This document shows positions 1 through 13,855 of a stretch of 64,000 bases of DNA, one piece after another (the stretch's first letter is position 1; each line of letters begins with the position of its first letter). The notes under the pieces were generated by a model, which was given only the letters and a program-made list of their open reading frames with translations, made no database searches and had not been told where the DNA came from. The stretch comes from Octopus vulgaris (Eukaryota). The position numbers and the translations under genes are program-made. The DNA is taken from assembly GCA_951406725.2 (NCBI GenBank), contig OX597814.1:53878001-53942000 (forward strand), in the 5' to 3' direction.

Positions 1-327
1 CCAACCTCACAGTCATAAACAGACAATATACACCTTGTCACACACATAAGAAACAACACAGATGCCACAATGAAAGACTTTGTCTTCTCGACACACAACA
101 CACCACCACCACCACCACGCATACAAATTCTAAAAGTTATACATCACACACACACAACACATTAAAAACAAACTTTCCTGGAGCTGTTGGGCCATTTCAG
201 AAAACTTCTTCAAAAAGACTCTACAAAAACCTACTTGTAGAAACACCCACACAAATGAACAAGGGGGCCACACCACCAGACAACAGCGGTAAGTAGCACT
301 CTCTTTCATTAACATATATTTTTCAAC

Positions 328-3300
328 ATGGTCATGCTCAAAATTGGTTGTATAAATGCCTGGGGCCTCAGATCACCTTTTAAATGACTTGAGCTCCTTT
401 AATGCAAACGTAGAAGCCATTAGTGAAACCCAACTTTCAGACCCGCAGGCCTTCATACCCCTCTTCACTAGATATGAGATCTACCTATCTTCATGTTGGC
501 TGGGAAGAGGTGGTGGTGGAACTGCAGTGTTTTTCCAGAAAGGTCTGGATTAGAAATTAAAAGCAATCTTCCTGTATCCAGAAAGTAAGTTGGTGGTCCA
601 GGATGTGAGCAGCATTGCCTTCAGACTTCAATCATCTGGAGGTTTTCCTGGGAACGTCTCAAACTTTAGTGTTAGTAGGGGATTGGAACACTGCCTTAGA
701 TGGACTTTTGGATCATGTGGGACTATCTGATAGGAGAGTGGGGTGCAAAAGCCTCATAAACCCGCTCAGACGTTTTCAACTGTCTGACAGGTACCAATTA
801 GATCACCTGAATGTGCCAATGTAGACTTGAACAAACCACATCAGGTCATCTAGATTGTATTCATGATCTGTATGGTGACCTAGATAAGTTTTGTAGACAG
901 GGCTCTGGTTACTGGAAGCTGAACCAATTGTTACTGGCATGCCAAACTTACAGAGACCGGATTAATGAATTAGTTAAGCAGGCATTGACAGGAGCAATCA
1001 TCAACAACAATTGGTGGTTTGCTCTTAAAAAGGCAATTAGAGTAGAATCCATTAGGTTTAGTAAGGCTTTAGCGATAAAAAGAAATAAAATAGAGAGAGG
1101 TTTAGTTAGAAAGTTAGATGAGGCATTTAGGAAAGGCATCACAACCAACATATTGGCAAAAAGATTGACCCTTGACCAATACTTTGACACCAAACATGCA
1201 GGTTGTGTTATCAGAGCTAAGGCACATACACTAAGCAGGGTGGGAATGAAATCTGCTAGATGGGCTTGAGTGGCAGAGGCAAAATGTGGCAACAAAGCCA
1301 CCATTTGGTCTTTAGTGGATCAAAACAGGTGCAAGATGTTTGAACTGAAGCAGACATGTGTGGCCTTTCAGCAGCACTTTGCTTGATTGTTCAGGACAAG
1401 TGGTAGAATGAATAAAAGGGCAGACTTTGGTGTCTACTTGGACAGCTTGCAGCAACTCTCAACCAGCAAGGCAGAGTGATGCAAAAGGCTGATAACAGTC
1501 ATAGAAATACAGGAAGCAATGAAGGGCTGTGCAAGAAGCAGATTACCGAGTTTGGATGGTCTGCCCTACAAGCTTTTTATTTCTATGCCAGATATCTACC
1601 GCAACTGGCAACAGAATGGGGGAATTCCCACTTTTGTTTGTTGAAGGGCAGTGGCACTGCTGTGAAAGGACCCAATCAAGGGAAACATTATAGAGAACTT
1701 CAAGCCCATCACTCTGCTCAATGCAGAATTGAAGATTCTGGCCAAGGTGTTAGCCAAGAGGCTGGTGCTTGTCATGGAGAAGCTAATTAGTAATGTGCAA
1801 ACATGCGCTATATCAAAGAGGACCATGACAATCTCCACCTCATGCACTACATCACTGAGAGGGTGGGTAACAAAGTTGGCAGGGGTGGGGCTCTGATCAA
1901 TTTAGATCAATCTAAAGCTATCGATAGGGTCGACCACCAATATTTGGCAGCTGTTCTCATGGCAGTCAGTTTCAGTTCAGTTTTCCATGGTTAGATTGCT
2001 ACTTTGTACAGTGGCATCAACTCAGTAGTTCGGGTGAATGGTCACTTGTCAGAACCATTCAGTATCTTGTGCTTGGTTCCATCAAGAGTGCCCTCTCTCC
2101 TCTCTTCTGTATGTACTGACTCTTGAACCACTGCTGTGGAAGCTGGAGGCATTGAGGGTGTTCCCATGTGATTTAGGATGTGGGAGAAGCATGTCTGCTT
2201 ATGCCAACAAAGTCACCATCATAGACCTGATAGACACCACACTAAAAGAATATGAAGCGGTGACAGGAGCAAACATTAATGTGGAAAGATCAGTGGGCTT
2301 GCAACTCGGCATCTGGAGAAGGAAGTTCATGCCATCCAACAACATCGGGAGAGGGGGGGTGGACAGATGGTCTGGTTAAATTGCTTGGAGTTTGGTTTGG
2401 TCCAGACCTCTAGATAGAGAAAAACTGGGATGAGGTGATGAACAGGTTGGCCAATCTCATCCAGAAACGAAGCTATCCCTGAGAAGTCAAGCCAAGGTGA
2501 ATGCACACATCGTATCCATCATCTACTACTACACAACTGTCATTCCTTGCCCCTTATGTTAGCTGAACAAGCTGGTGCACTTACTCTTCCACTTTCTGCA
2601 GAGGGGACACATGTCGCTGGTCAGACACTCCATCTGCTGTCAACAACTGCTGAAGTGGGGCCTGGGCATGCCATAGTTGCTGATGTACAAGTATGTGATC
2701 AGGCTGCGATATCTTCAGCGTTTCCTTGACAGTGAGCAAGTGTGGTCGCCTTTTGTTAGACTTGCTTTCTTACAACTCGTCTCTTTGACTGAGCTGCATG
2801 CAATCCTGGATTAGGCGTAGACTGATGAGGTGCGCTTGGCACCTCAAGTGACATCAAGCACTCCCAGCCCTCTGTCAGTCAGGCAATCAGTGGTAGTTCC
2901 ACTTTAACATTCTATAGAGGGTTAGTGGTGGAAAAGTGTGACGACGTTCTCAGGGAAGCTCTGGGCATTGGCGAGGATCAACTTACTGGTCTGTTCCGGA
3001 GGACTTTCAGACCAGGGTCTATGGATAACTTCCAAAAATCCCTCGCTGGTAGTGCTACAGATGGGTGCTGCCCATTTGGGATAAACTTTACAGGCACAGA
3101 AGTGCCATCAGCCAAACATGCCTGAGGTGTGCGCAGAGCAACAAAATGACAGAACTGTTCTGCATACACTCATCCAATGCCTGAGCATTACTGACCTGTG
3201 GGTTTATGCCAAACACATGCTGCCTATAAGCTGAATCCATAGTGAAGATTGCTTCACCACCCTCCTTTGGCTGAGAGGGGCAGGCAATTTTTATTTGTCT

Positions 3301-3735
3301 GGTGGCTGTAGCAAAAGAGGTAGTGTGGTAGACACATTTGAAAGGGCTAAAGACAGACACTTTCCTCTTTGGCCAAGCCCTCATAAACTTTTTCAAGTTT
3401 CACTTGAAAAGGAAAGTAAAGGTGGAGAGAGAAGTGTTATCTAGCAAATTTTTTGAAAGGTGGGTGAATGTTGGAAAAATGGTCAGTTTGAAAGGACCCA
3501 TTTTGAGCATGTGCCTGTAAAAACAAAATGAGAGGGCTCTTGCTCTGTTGGTCAGGCCACCTGTGACGTTTGTGAATTTTTCTATGAGTAGCCTTAAAGC
3601 ACCTCCCCCTTGTGGGAGTTTTATTTGTTTAATTTTCTGCTCTTTTTTGTCTCCATGCTTTTAAGACCCATTTGTATTGTCCTGTCTTTGTCACTTCATA
3701 TAACTTTATGTAAGCCCTTGTGGCCAATAAAAGAA
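328..3735 (+). mobile_element. Decayed L1/Tx1-clade non-LTR retrotransposon ORF2 (APE endonuclease + RT + C-terminal region) with 3' UTR and AATAAA
   Basis: Frameshifted/stopped fragments: AISETQL, LVGDWN (APE), GSGYWKLN, NFKPITLLNAELKILAKVLA, GALINLDQSKAIDRVDHQY, QECPLS, YANK (degenerate YADD), KLLGVWF. Stop at 3520, AATAAA at 3726. Confidence 0.9.
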
Positions 3736-3809
3736 TTATTATCATTGAATTAAAAATAAAAGTAATAATCTTAACACACGCGTGCACACACACATATACA
3801 GACACATCT

Positions 3810-4258
3810 AATCATCATCATCATCATCATCGTTTAGCGTCCGTTTTCCATGTTAGCATGGGTTGGACGGGTCAACTGGGGTCTGTGAAGCTGGAAGGCT
3901 TCGTCAGGCCCAGTCAGATCTGGCAGTGTTTCTACGGCTGGATGCCCTTCCTAACGCCAACCACTCCGCGAGTGTAGTGGGTGTTTTTTACGTGCCACCT
4001 GCACAGGTGCCAGACAGAGCTGGCGAACGGCCACGAACGGATGGTGCTTTTACGTGTCACCGGCACGGGGCCAGGCGATGCTGGCAACGGACACGAACGG
4101 ATGGTACTTTTACGTGCCACCGACACGGGGCCAGACAGAGCTGGCAACCGGCCACGAACGGACGGTGCTTTTACGTGTCACCGGCAAGGGGGCCAGCCGA
4201 GGCTGGCAACGGACGCAAACGGATGGTGCTTTTACGTGCCACCGACACGGTTGCCAAT
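3810..4258 (-). mobile_element. RTE-type LINE 3' UTR fragment with ~60-bp internal tandem repeats and (GAT)n tail
   Basis: Reverse complement of the tail that follows the RTE ORF C-terminus at 53495-54273 and 30903-31690. (CAT)n at 3811-3830. Confidence 0.85.
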
Positions 4259-4290
4259 GATTATATATTCTGAGTATTCCAACAGATCAC

Positions 4291-4431
4291 AATGTAATCC
4301 GTGTATTGTCCTGTGCACCTGGATGATATTCCATCCAAGGTATTTAAAATGCAAGATATAATCTTGCATTTTAAAATACCTTGGATGGAAAATCATCCAG
4401 GTGCACAGAAGGACAATACACGGATTACATT
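4291..4431. repeat. Near-perfect inverted repeat, ~68-bp arms, very short loop
   Basis: aatgtaatccgtgtattgtcc...gcaagat / atcttgc...ggacaatacacggattacatt, with few mismatches or indels. Confidence 0.95.
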
Positions 4432-4675
4432 TATATATATTTTGTAGTTTTAATTTTGGTTGTGAAATGAAACAGTTGTCGGTGAATATATTAATTAATC
4501 AATTAATTTGCATCCATTAGATCTCTCCATTTTCAAACTTAATAATAATATTTTATATTTTATGATATTTTATATAATACATTCATTGAAGAAATATCTC
4601 TTCAAAATACTATATATTAAACAAGTGTATCTGAGATAAAAATATCCCTATAAGAAGTCTAAATATCCTCATAGT

Positions 4676-4745
<70 letters not shown>

Positions 4746-4898
4746 ATATGCACACACACACACATACTTTTAATAAATATTTTTTCCATCTGTATTCAGG
4801 TCATTTTTTTACTTTTTGCTCTTTTGTTTGAGGAACATTTTTTACAATTTCAATGACCACTCATGCTTATCATGTTTGTTATTACTAAATATATATAT

Positions 4899-5301
4899 AG
4901 GAGTGGCTGTGTGGTAAGTAGCTTGCTAACCAACCACATTGTTGCGGGTTCAGTCCCACTGCGTGGCATCTTGGGCAAGTGTCTTCTGCTATAGCCCCGG
5001 GCCGACCAATGCCTTGTGAATGGATTTGGTAGACGGAAACTGAAAGAAGCCTGTCATATATATGTATATATATATATGTATGTGTGTTTGTGTGTCTGTG
5101 TTTGTTCCCCTAGCATTGCTTGACAACCGATGCTGGTGTGTTTACGTCCCCGTCACTTAGCGGTTCGGCAAAAAGAGACCGATAGAATAAGTACTGGGCT
5201 TACAAAAAGAATAAGTCCCGGGGTCGAGTTGCTCGACTAAAGGCGGTGCTCCAGCATGGCCACAGTCAAATGACTGAAACAAGTAAAAGAGTTAAAAAGA
5301 G
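4899..5301 (+). mobile_element. tRNA-derived SINE, family A (dominant SINE of the window)
   Basis: A-box-like tggctgtgtgg, B-box-like ggttcagtcc, CORE-like ttgggcaagt, internal TA/TG tract, tail ggcggtgctccagcatggcc...tgactgaaacaagtaaaaga. More than 10 copies in the window. Confidence 0.9.
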
Positions 5302-5337
<36 letters not shown>

Positions 5338-5673
5338 TCACCATCATTTAACGTCTGCCTTCCGTGCTGGCATGGTGTGTGTTTGTATAGATAGATAGGT
5401 AGGTAGGCAGATAGATAGATAGATAGATAGATACATACATACATATGGTGTTAGGAAATGCATCCAGCTGTAGAAACCTTCCCAGATCAGATTCAAGGCT
5501 CCTGGCTTGCCAATCCTCAGTCAATCCATCCAACCCATGTCAGCTTGGAAAGCGGATGCTAAACAACAATGATAATGATATATACACACACCCCATACAT
5601 ACACAAATATATACAGAGACACAAAAACACCTGCACAGATGTGTGTGTATGTATGTATATATGTATGTATGTA

Positions 5674-6015
5674 TTCTTTTACTTGTTTCAGTCATTTGAC
5701 TGCGGCCATGCCAGAGCACCGCCTTTAGTCGGGCAAATCGACCCCAGAACTTATTCTTTGTAAGCCTAGTACTTATTCTATCAGTTTCTTTTGCCAAACT
5801 GCTAAGTTACAGGGATGTAAACACACCAGAATCAGTTGTGAAGCAATATTGGGGAGACAAACACAAACAAACATGTGTATATATACATACACAACAGGCT
5901 TCTTTCAGTTTCCGTCTCCCAAATCCACTCACAAGGCCTTGATCAGCCCGAGGCTATAGTAGAAGACACTTACCCAAGGTGCCACCTGGAACCACGTGGT
6001 TGGTAAGCAAGCTAC
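5674..6015 (-). mobile_element. SINE family A copy
   Basis: Reverse complement of the 4899-5301 consensus. Confidence 0.88.
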
Positions 6016-6099
6016 TTTATTTCATGAAAATTCACCATTAAGGCGTTACATAGAGGAGACATACAAGGACAGACAAATATAAAGCAAGCCCTGCACCTT

Positions 6100-6187
6100 T
6101 GTATGTATATGTATATAATATACATACGAGTATATATAAATATATATATGTATGTATGTATGCATATATATATGTATGTATGTATGC

Positions 6188-6236
<49 letters not shown>

Positions 6237-6314
6237 TGTATGTATATATATATGTATGTGTATATATATATGTATGTGTATACATATATGTATGTATGTG
6301 TATACATATATGTA

Positions 6315-6371
<57 letters not shown>

Positions 6372-6422
6372 ATATATATATATACATATGTATGTATGTA
6401 TATATATATGTATGTATATATA
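6100..6422. repeat. Compound (TA)n/(TG)n/(TATG)n microsatellite
   Basis: Direct inspection. Confidence 0.95.
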
Positions 6423-6619
6423 CCTGTTTCATATGTAGAGAAAACAAAAGACAGAGACAGGTGAGGGTACAACAGGTAGGTGTAATAGTTTGACAGTGAG
6501 GAAAAATGGAAAATTCTTTGACATTTCAAGCCTACACTCTTTGAGTGAAAAGGATAAGAGGAAAAAAATGAAGAGAAAAAAGTTTACATGCACATGCATA
6601 AAAATGTATGTATATACAT

Positions 6620-6766
6620 CAGGAGTGGCTGTGTGGTAAGAAGCTTACTTCCCAACAACATGGTTCTAGCTTCAGTCCCACCTTGGGCAAGTGTCTTCTA
6701 CTATAGCCTTAGGCCGACCAAAGCCTTGTGAGTGGATTTGGGAGACAGAAACAGAAAGAAGCCTGT

Positions 6767-6809
<43 letters not shown>

Positions 6810-7000
6810 CATGTATGTATTTGTGTGTCTGTGTTTGTCCCCCCACTATTGCTTGACAACCGATGTTGGTGTGTTTATGCCCCCATAACTTAGCGGTTCA
6901 GCAAAAGAGACCAATAAAATAAGTATTAGTCTTACAAAGAATAAGTCCTGGAGTTGATTTGTTAGCATGGTAGCAGTCAAATGACTGACACAAATAAAAG
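6620..7000 (+). mobile_element. SINE family A copy
   Basis: Same head, core and tail as 4899-5301. Confidence 0.88.
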
Positions 7001-7537
7001 AATATATATATACACGCACACAAACACACACACACACATAACTTGTTATTGAGGTTTCAAGCCCATGGTTTCTTGATATTTTGTTTGATGTTTCTTTGAA
7101 AGATGCATACACTTCGTCTGTGATATCTGTCACAAAGTGGAACAAGGGAGCAAAAACTATATGTACTTCAAACTTTCATGTTAGCTCTTTATTGGCAATT
7201 TTGCCTTGTGCCAAAAAAGCAGTGTAATTACAAATTTTGTTCTTTTAGCTGCTGCCAAAACAGCAGCCAAAAAAGAACAAAAGTGTACAAGACAAAATAG
7301 AACAACTCAATGATAACTCCAAAAACAATAGTCACAACTTTTTCAATTCAGTCCATGAAGTGGGGGAAAAGAGCAGAAAAACATACAATGCAACCAAAGA
7401 TTAAGAAAGTAACATATATACAAGCATAGCTGAAGTACTTCACTGTTGGAAAGATCATTTTGAACAATACTAAATTTCCAAACAACCTGGAGGTAATTTC
7501 AGAAATCTTGGTTGATCCATATAATATGGAATTCATA

Positions 7538-7793
7538 TACTTATTCTATCAGTATCTTTTGCTGAACCACTATATTACAGGGACGTAAACACACCAACAC
7601 TGACTGTCAAGTAGGAGACACACACATACATATATGACAGGCTTCTTTCAGTTTCTGTCTATCAAACCTACACACAAGGCTTTGGTCAGCCCGAGGCTAT
7701 AGTAGAAGACACTTGCCCAAGATGCCATGCTGTGGGACTAAACCTGAAACCATGTGGTTGGGATGCAAGATTCTTACCACATACCACACATAG
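7538..7793 (-). mobile_element. SINE family A, partial copy
   Basis: Reverse complement of head and core. Confidence 0.8.
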
Positions 7794-8384
7794 GAAAAGT
7801 AATAGAAAGAATAATAAACTATAAAGTCTTCCTGATATAGATGCCTTTACAGCTAAGTATCAAAAGGAGGTGACTATCTCATTTTCATTTATTATAGATT
7901 ATATTCAGCATAATAAGGAAAACAGTTAAAAACATTCTAAAACTGGACTGATATACTGATTAATATGAATGTATAAAAGGAACCACTAGGAAATTATAGG
8001 GCTATCTCTCTTATCAATACCAGGAAATTTTTTTTTTGTAGAATTCTCTTTGACATAATGAAATGTAAAGCCAAAGAAGCAAAGACCTAGGCACAGCTGG
8101 TGCCATCATTCAAGTCAGACAGATACTTGAAACAGCAGAAAAAACAACAAGAGTCCTTGCACTTCCTGAACTTTAACACAAACTGACTGAAGGATCTATT
8201 GAAAATGTGATAGCAATTATTGACTACTCCAGGACAGTAGAGGCAAGGTGACAGATAGGTTTGATCTACAACTGGGTCTAAACTTGGTTGCTATCCCGCA
8301 ACTCTTTACATCAATCTTCCTGGAATTTGTAATTAACTGCCTCTAATGAATATCCAAGATATCTGTCAAACTAAATTGTCATAA

Positions 8385-8572
8385 TCACCATCATTTAATG
8401 TGTTTTCCATGCTGGCACAGGTTGAACTGTTTGAGAGGAGCTGGCTAGGCAGAAGATTGCACCAGGCTTTACTATCTGTTTTGGCATGGTTTTTACTGCT
8501 GGATGCCCATTCCTAACACCAACTACCTTACAGAGTGAACTGAGTGCTTTTTATGTGGCACCAGCACTGGTA
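8385..8572 (-). mobile_element. Diverged RTE-tail-derived short element, truncated by a Helitron
   Basis: catcatttaa...ttccatgctggc...ctggatgccc..cctaacaccaac...gtgctttttatgtggcaccagcac matches the RTE 3' tail. Confidence 0.7.
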
Positions 8573-8937
8573 TCTCTCTCTATATAAATGGCAAAATGTC
8601 TGCGTGCATGTCCTTTATACAAATCCACAATTTTTCAGTTAGAGGGCTCGCACTTTCTATGGTCATTTAAAACCGTCCAAAGGTGGTCGTGCACATCTTT
8701 ACATTTCCCCAGTCAACCCGCAAAGCCATTATTAAATCAATAGAAGTGACTTTTTCGTGAATTTTCTATCCAAAACCCAATCAAAATGCCCAAAATTTGA
8801 TACGCCAATTGAATGCCAGCTAGCTATATGTGATTGGTCGGAGATTTTGGACAGTACTCACGTGTATGTGAGCAAGCACGCAACTGTACATGCATGCACT
8901 AGCATTATGACCCGGCATTGCCGGGTCATAGTACTAG
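8573..8937 (+). mobile_element. Non-autonomous Helitron
   Basis: 5' TC(tctctctatataaa), subterminal hairpin tatgacccggca-t-tgccgggtcata, 3' CTAG, inserted between A and T with no TSD. Confidence 0.85.
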
Positions 8938-9819
8938 TATCCAATAAATAGTTAGATGAAGCATGTACAGAAAGGAGTATAGTACAAACTGTACTATCCT
9001 GTCACTTAGCAAGGAAATTACCATAATGGATCTGAGGGTTTGTATTCTTCAGCAGCATAGCACCAAATGGAGCAGAAAATGTAGTATGGCAGGCCTCACA
9101 AGCACTGACAACATTTGGAATGGATGAGACATCAACTAGCTGTGTATAATGTCCATCTTTTCCCTAAGTCTAAAACAAGTGTAGAATTTTTTCCATAAGA
9201 AAAGCTCTTCACATGACATATACCATAACCAAATTAACAAGGTGAAGATTCAAATAATTCAGCCTTGTAATGACAAGGTTGTTCGATAATTATGTAGTAC
9301 TGGTTCTCTCAAATCTGCGAAGACACAGGAATTACCACTTGCAACAATGAAGTAAAGCATCTAATCAAAGTAGGTGGTGGTGCCTCTGTTGGCAGGCAAG
9401 AGTGAAGGATCAAAGAGGATCGAGTAAAGACAAACAAACAGACAGACAGATAGATAGAGGATGAACAGATAGACAGACAGATGGACAGATATGACAAATA
9501 GAGAATTAGATAGACAGATGTGTACATAGATAAATAAACATAGAGATAGATTGACAGACATCTCCATCAGATTCGTTGAACTAGGGCGTAAGAAGCGGAG
9601 CGTTTACAAACACGTGTTCCTTCAATGCAACCCATAGGTATAATTAGTGTGACATGCAGTATCTGTGAAATACAGATACAATCCATCCGATAGGCTTCCA
9701 TACAGTTTCCTTCTCTATTTCCTTCACAAAGTAATCTAGGACAATGGTAAAAGACATCGAACCAGAGAACTACCTAATCCTTGCAAAGCGAACTTGTTAA
9801 CCACTCGATTATATATATA

Positions 9820-10314
<495 letters not shown>

Positions 10315-11473
10315 TCTTTATATATATGAGAGAGAGAATGTGTGTATACACACACTCGTGCATACGTGTGTTTATAGGGGATGTACAATTGATAAATATA
10401 TAATTTCCTTCAAATTTTCATGTAGCTATATGTCCTAAAGTTTTACAAGCTAAACTGAAATAAAATTACGATTATTCTTCCTGATAGCTTAACTTTATTG
10501 ATCAACTAAGTAACCTAGAAAATCTTTCTGAAACGACCCTAGTAACATAAATACAGAAAAAGCACCTTCGATTGAAAACATCAATGTAAAAGCGACTGTA
10601 GCCAATTCTGAAAAATTTATTTTAATTTGTATTTAATTTTATAGTTTCAGAAAATAATATGCCAGTAAATTCTTTTCAACAAATTATCAAACGTCTAGGC
10701 TTCAGAAATTAAGGAGAAATGACTAAGGTTAACGACAATAACGACTTCGATATAAAACAAAAACAAAGTCGAGGATAATAGAAGAAATGTAAATTTTCTC
10801 TACTCCCTCGGATTAGTTGTGATTTTTCTTTTTTCATACTAACTTTTGGTATATAATTTCAATAGAAATAAAACTATAATAGATATATTTATAAGTTTAA
10901 CACATTTAAACAACTTTTCCACTCTGAATTATAATTATTATTACTCTATAAACTTTCGCAGCCTCATCATTTTGTTATGGAGTGAGAGATGTTTCATTTC
11001 ATATTAAATGTACGTTTTTTTTTTTACTTTTTTGCTCCTTTTTGCACATAAGAAACAGCGGAAGAGAAATACTTTATGGGCATCACGAGATACTAATAGA
11101 TACACACACAAAACAAATAATAGTATTTAGAGTTTGATAAAAAAAAAAAAAAGTGTAATCTTTTAGAGGTGAAATTTTTGAAAATGATAATTTCTGCTTC
11201 ACGACTAAGCTACGGCCAGTTAACGGGTATGAAGCAGGTTAAATTTGATTTTTAAATCCTGCTGGATCATTTATACTTCTCGGATATCAATAAAATAAAT
11301 ACCAATAATATGCAGAGTAAAATTCTATCAAGTATATTCTGCAAATATTATAGCTGTACCGAGACAAAAATACATCTTTATGTCATTTGCAACATATTTG
11401 AGGATGTTCTTCACTACCTGGATGTGGTGGTGCTGGTGGTGGGGGACTATTGGTCCTTTTTCATGTATTTTGG

Positions 11474-11548
<75 letters not shown>

Positions 11549-11587
11549 AATGATAATGGGGATAAGAAATAAACTATATGTGCTTAC

Positions 11588-12165
11588 CTGCTAGCATTAT
11601 CGTTATCCACAGAAGATTCTCCTGCATATAGTTGTTTCGGTTGAATAGAGCTCGCTCCCTGAGCTGATATGTTTCGATGGTTTGGTAAAATTGGTGTTGA
11701 TGATGGTAAGTTGTAGTCCAAGCCATGCTTCTCAACAGTGTCGCTGACAACAGAAGTTACACTATTGATGTTGTCATTGTTATTGTTGTCGTTGTTGAAA
11801 CTATTATTATTTCTTTGAAAACTTCGTGAGGTTTGTATCTGACCCATTGTGGAACTTGGACAGCTTCTATTATCGCTGTCACTGCTCGGACTGCCGACGA
11901 TATTGTTATTAGCAGAGTTATTATTCGAAGTGTCGGTGTTAAGTATGGCGACGACACTGTCGCCAGTCTGTAAGTCTGTGGGACTGTCGTCGGTAAACTC
12001 TTCACAACAAGCAGCAGCTGCAGCCGGGGAACAAATTGGTAAAACCGTTGACTTGTACACACTCATAGCACCAACGCCAAGAGAGGTGTAAGGAGGGATC
12101 GAGACTACGTTCGAGTCTCTGTAGCGATTCTTAAACGACGAAAATTGATCAGCAAATGACTTCAT
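11588..12165 (-). CDS. First coding exon of an unidentified gene (Ser/Asn-rich, probably disordered N-terminus). Phase-2 donor; gene continues toward lower coordinates.
   Basis: 578-nt ATG-initiated non-repetitive ORF (MKSFADQFSSFKNRY...DNDNAS) with poly-A/poly-N runs, ending exactly at a strong donor CAG|GTAAGC (11587-11582). Upstream ~700 bp is repeat-free and CpG-rich. Confidence 0.75.
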
Positions 12166-12933
12166 ATTTGGTCAGAGAGGACAAGATGGTCCTCCCACTT
12201 GATTATCGTAACTTCAGGCTCGATATATTAGAAGCTCGTTACAATCTCTTTTGTCGTGGTGAGGTGTTGATAATGGTTGTTTGACGTGGAGCCTGGACAA
12301 CGCTAGTCACTTATCAACTATCAGTAAACGTGCCTACTGATTATATATAAAGAACACATGTACTATACTGGTAGTTTTGGCCTCAGGAAGTTTTTTGTGT
12401 GAGTGTGTGAGTTGTTTATTACACTGTTTTCAAACTTTCATACCGTCTACATACGGTCATAACCTCCATCAAACCAACGAACCAAAACTTTGTTATGATC
12501 GTGTGGTAATCATTTGACTAAGTTCATGCCTTGGGTGTAACCTACGGACCGTGATGACTATTAACCAATTAATTATAGTGTTGCTGTAATAGTACTAGTG
12601 TTCACTGATTGTTTACAAGCTAGACGTTGTTGTCTATGAATAGTGCTGGCCACCGCCCAGCGATCTGTGGAAATTCAGGTGATAGTGAAAATAATGCGTA
12701 ACCAACACTTGTTAAAGTTTGCATTACAACACGAAGCCTTCATCTTCCTGTGGAGTCAATGTGTTTGTTTATCTCTTGTTTTATTTCATCCTGTGGTTCT
12801 TTTAATATTGTTTTCTAGGGCTAAAATAAAAACTTGAATGATAGCTGGAAGTCGAACCTACAATAATTATGATGTAAAAATACATGTATTATTGACGATC
12901 GTCGTCTGGCACTGAAAAGTAGTGTTTGCCTAG

Positions 12934-12942
12934 GTCACGTGA
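12934..12942. promoter_or_regulatory. CLEAR-like E-box (GTCACGTGA) ~770 bp upstream of the unidentified gene's ATG
   Basis: taggtcacgtgatac; 9/10 match to GTCACGTGAC. Confidence 0.4.
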
Positions 12943-13209
12943 TACAACAGAGCCATGCTGGTGTGTGTGTGTGTGCTTGTCCTTCACCTGGGTATGTGTA
13001 TGCTATGATAAAAATAGCTGTTTGTGTCAATCAATAACTATATACGGATGAGTGTATGTGTATACTTGAATGTGTGCGCGGGCGCGCGCTGTGTGTTTGC
13101 GGGTATGTGAGCGTGTGTGTGTGTGTGTGTGTATGTATGTACGTGCGTACGTGTGTTATGAAAGTTTTTTTTGTCAATCAATACCTATATACATATGAAT
13201 ATGTGATTG

Positions 13210-13248
<39 letters not shown>

Positions 13249-13583
13249 ATAAGTATATATATATATATATATGCATGAGTGTGTGTGTGTAGCTATAAAA
13301 CTGTCCACCTAGATGTGTCTGTGTCTAGGTAGATGAGTCTTTACATTTGTGTGCAATAATTGGCCTGGTGTGAGTAAGCTGGATAATTGTTTCCCCGTGT
13401 ATAGTTATTTAGAATTATAGGCTAAGTATACTACTTTGCGTGTATTACTAATATACTGTGAATAGATGTATTAGGATGAGTTAAATTGATGTGTATGGAT
13501 GGAAGGTGTTTTTTTAACATTTAACTATCTGTAGATAGTAATATATCTTGTGTAGAATAGTTTATACAAACTGGAGAAACAGA

Positions 13584-13625
<42 letters not shown>

Positions 13626-13735
13626 GTATGTATTTATATGTTTGTATTTATACTTATTTATATCTAAACATATCATCATCATCATAAGTATATGTAAATA
13701 TTTATCTATATGAATATATATATCATGTGTGTATA

Positions 13736-13855
<120 letters not shown>

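Noticed and set aside
3975-4258. CRISPR-like appearance of the ~60-bp periodic repeats (and the 26-bp array at 46357-46590)
   Set aside because: Units are contiguous tandem copies with no unique spacers, there are no cas genes, and the context is a eukaryotic retroelement.
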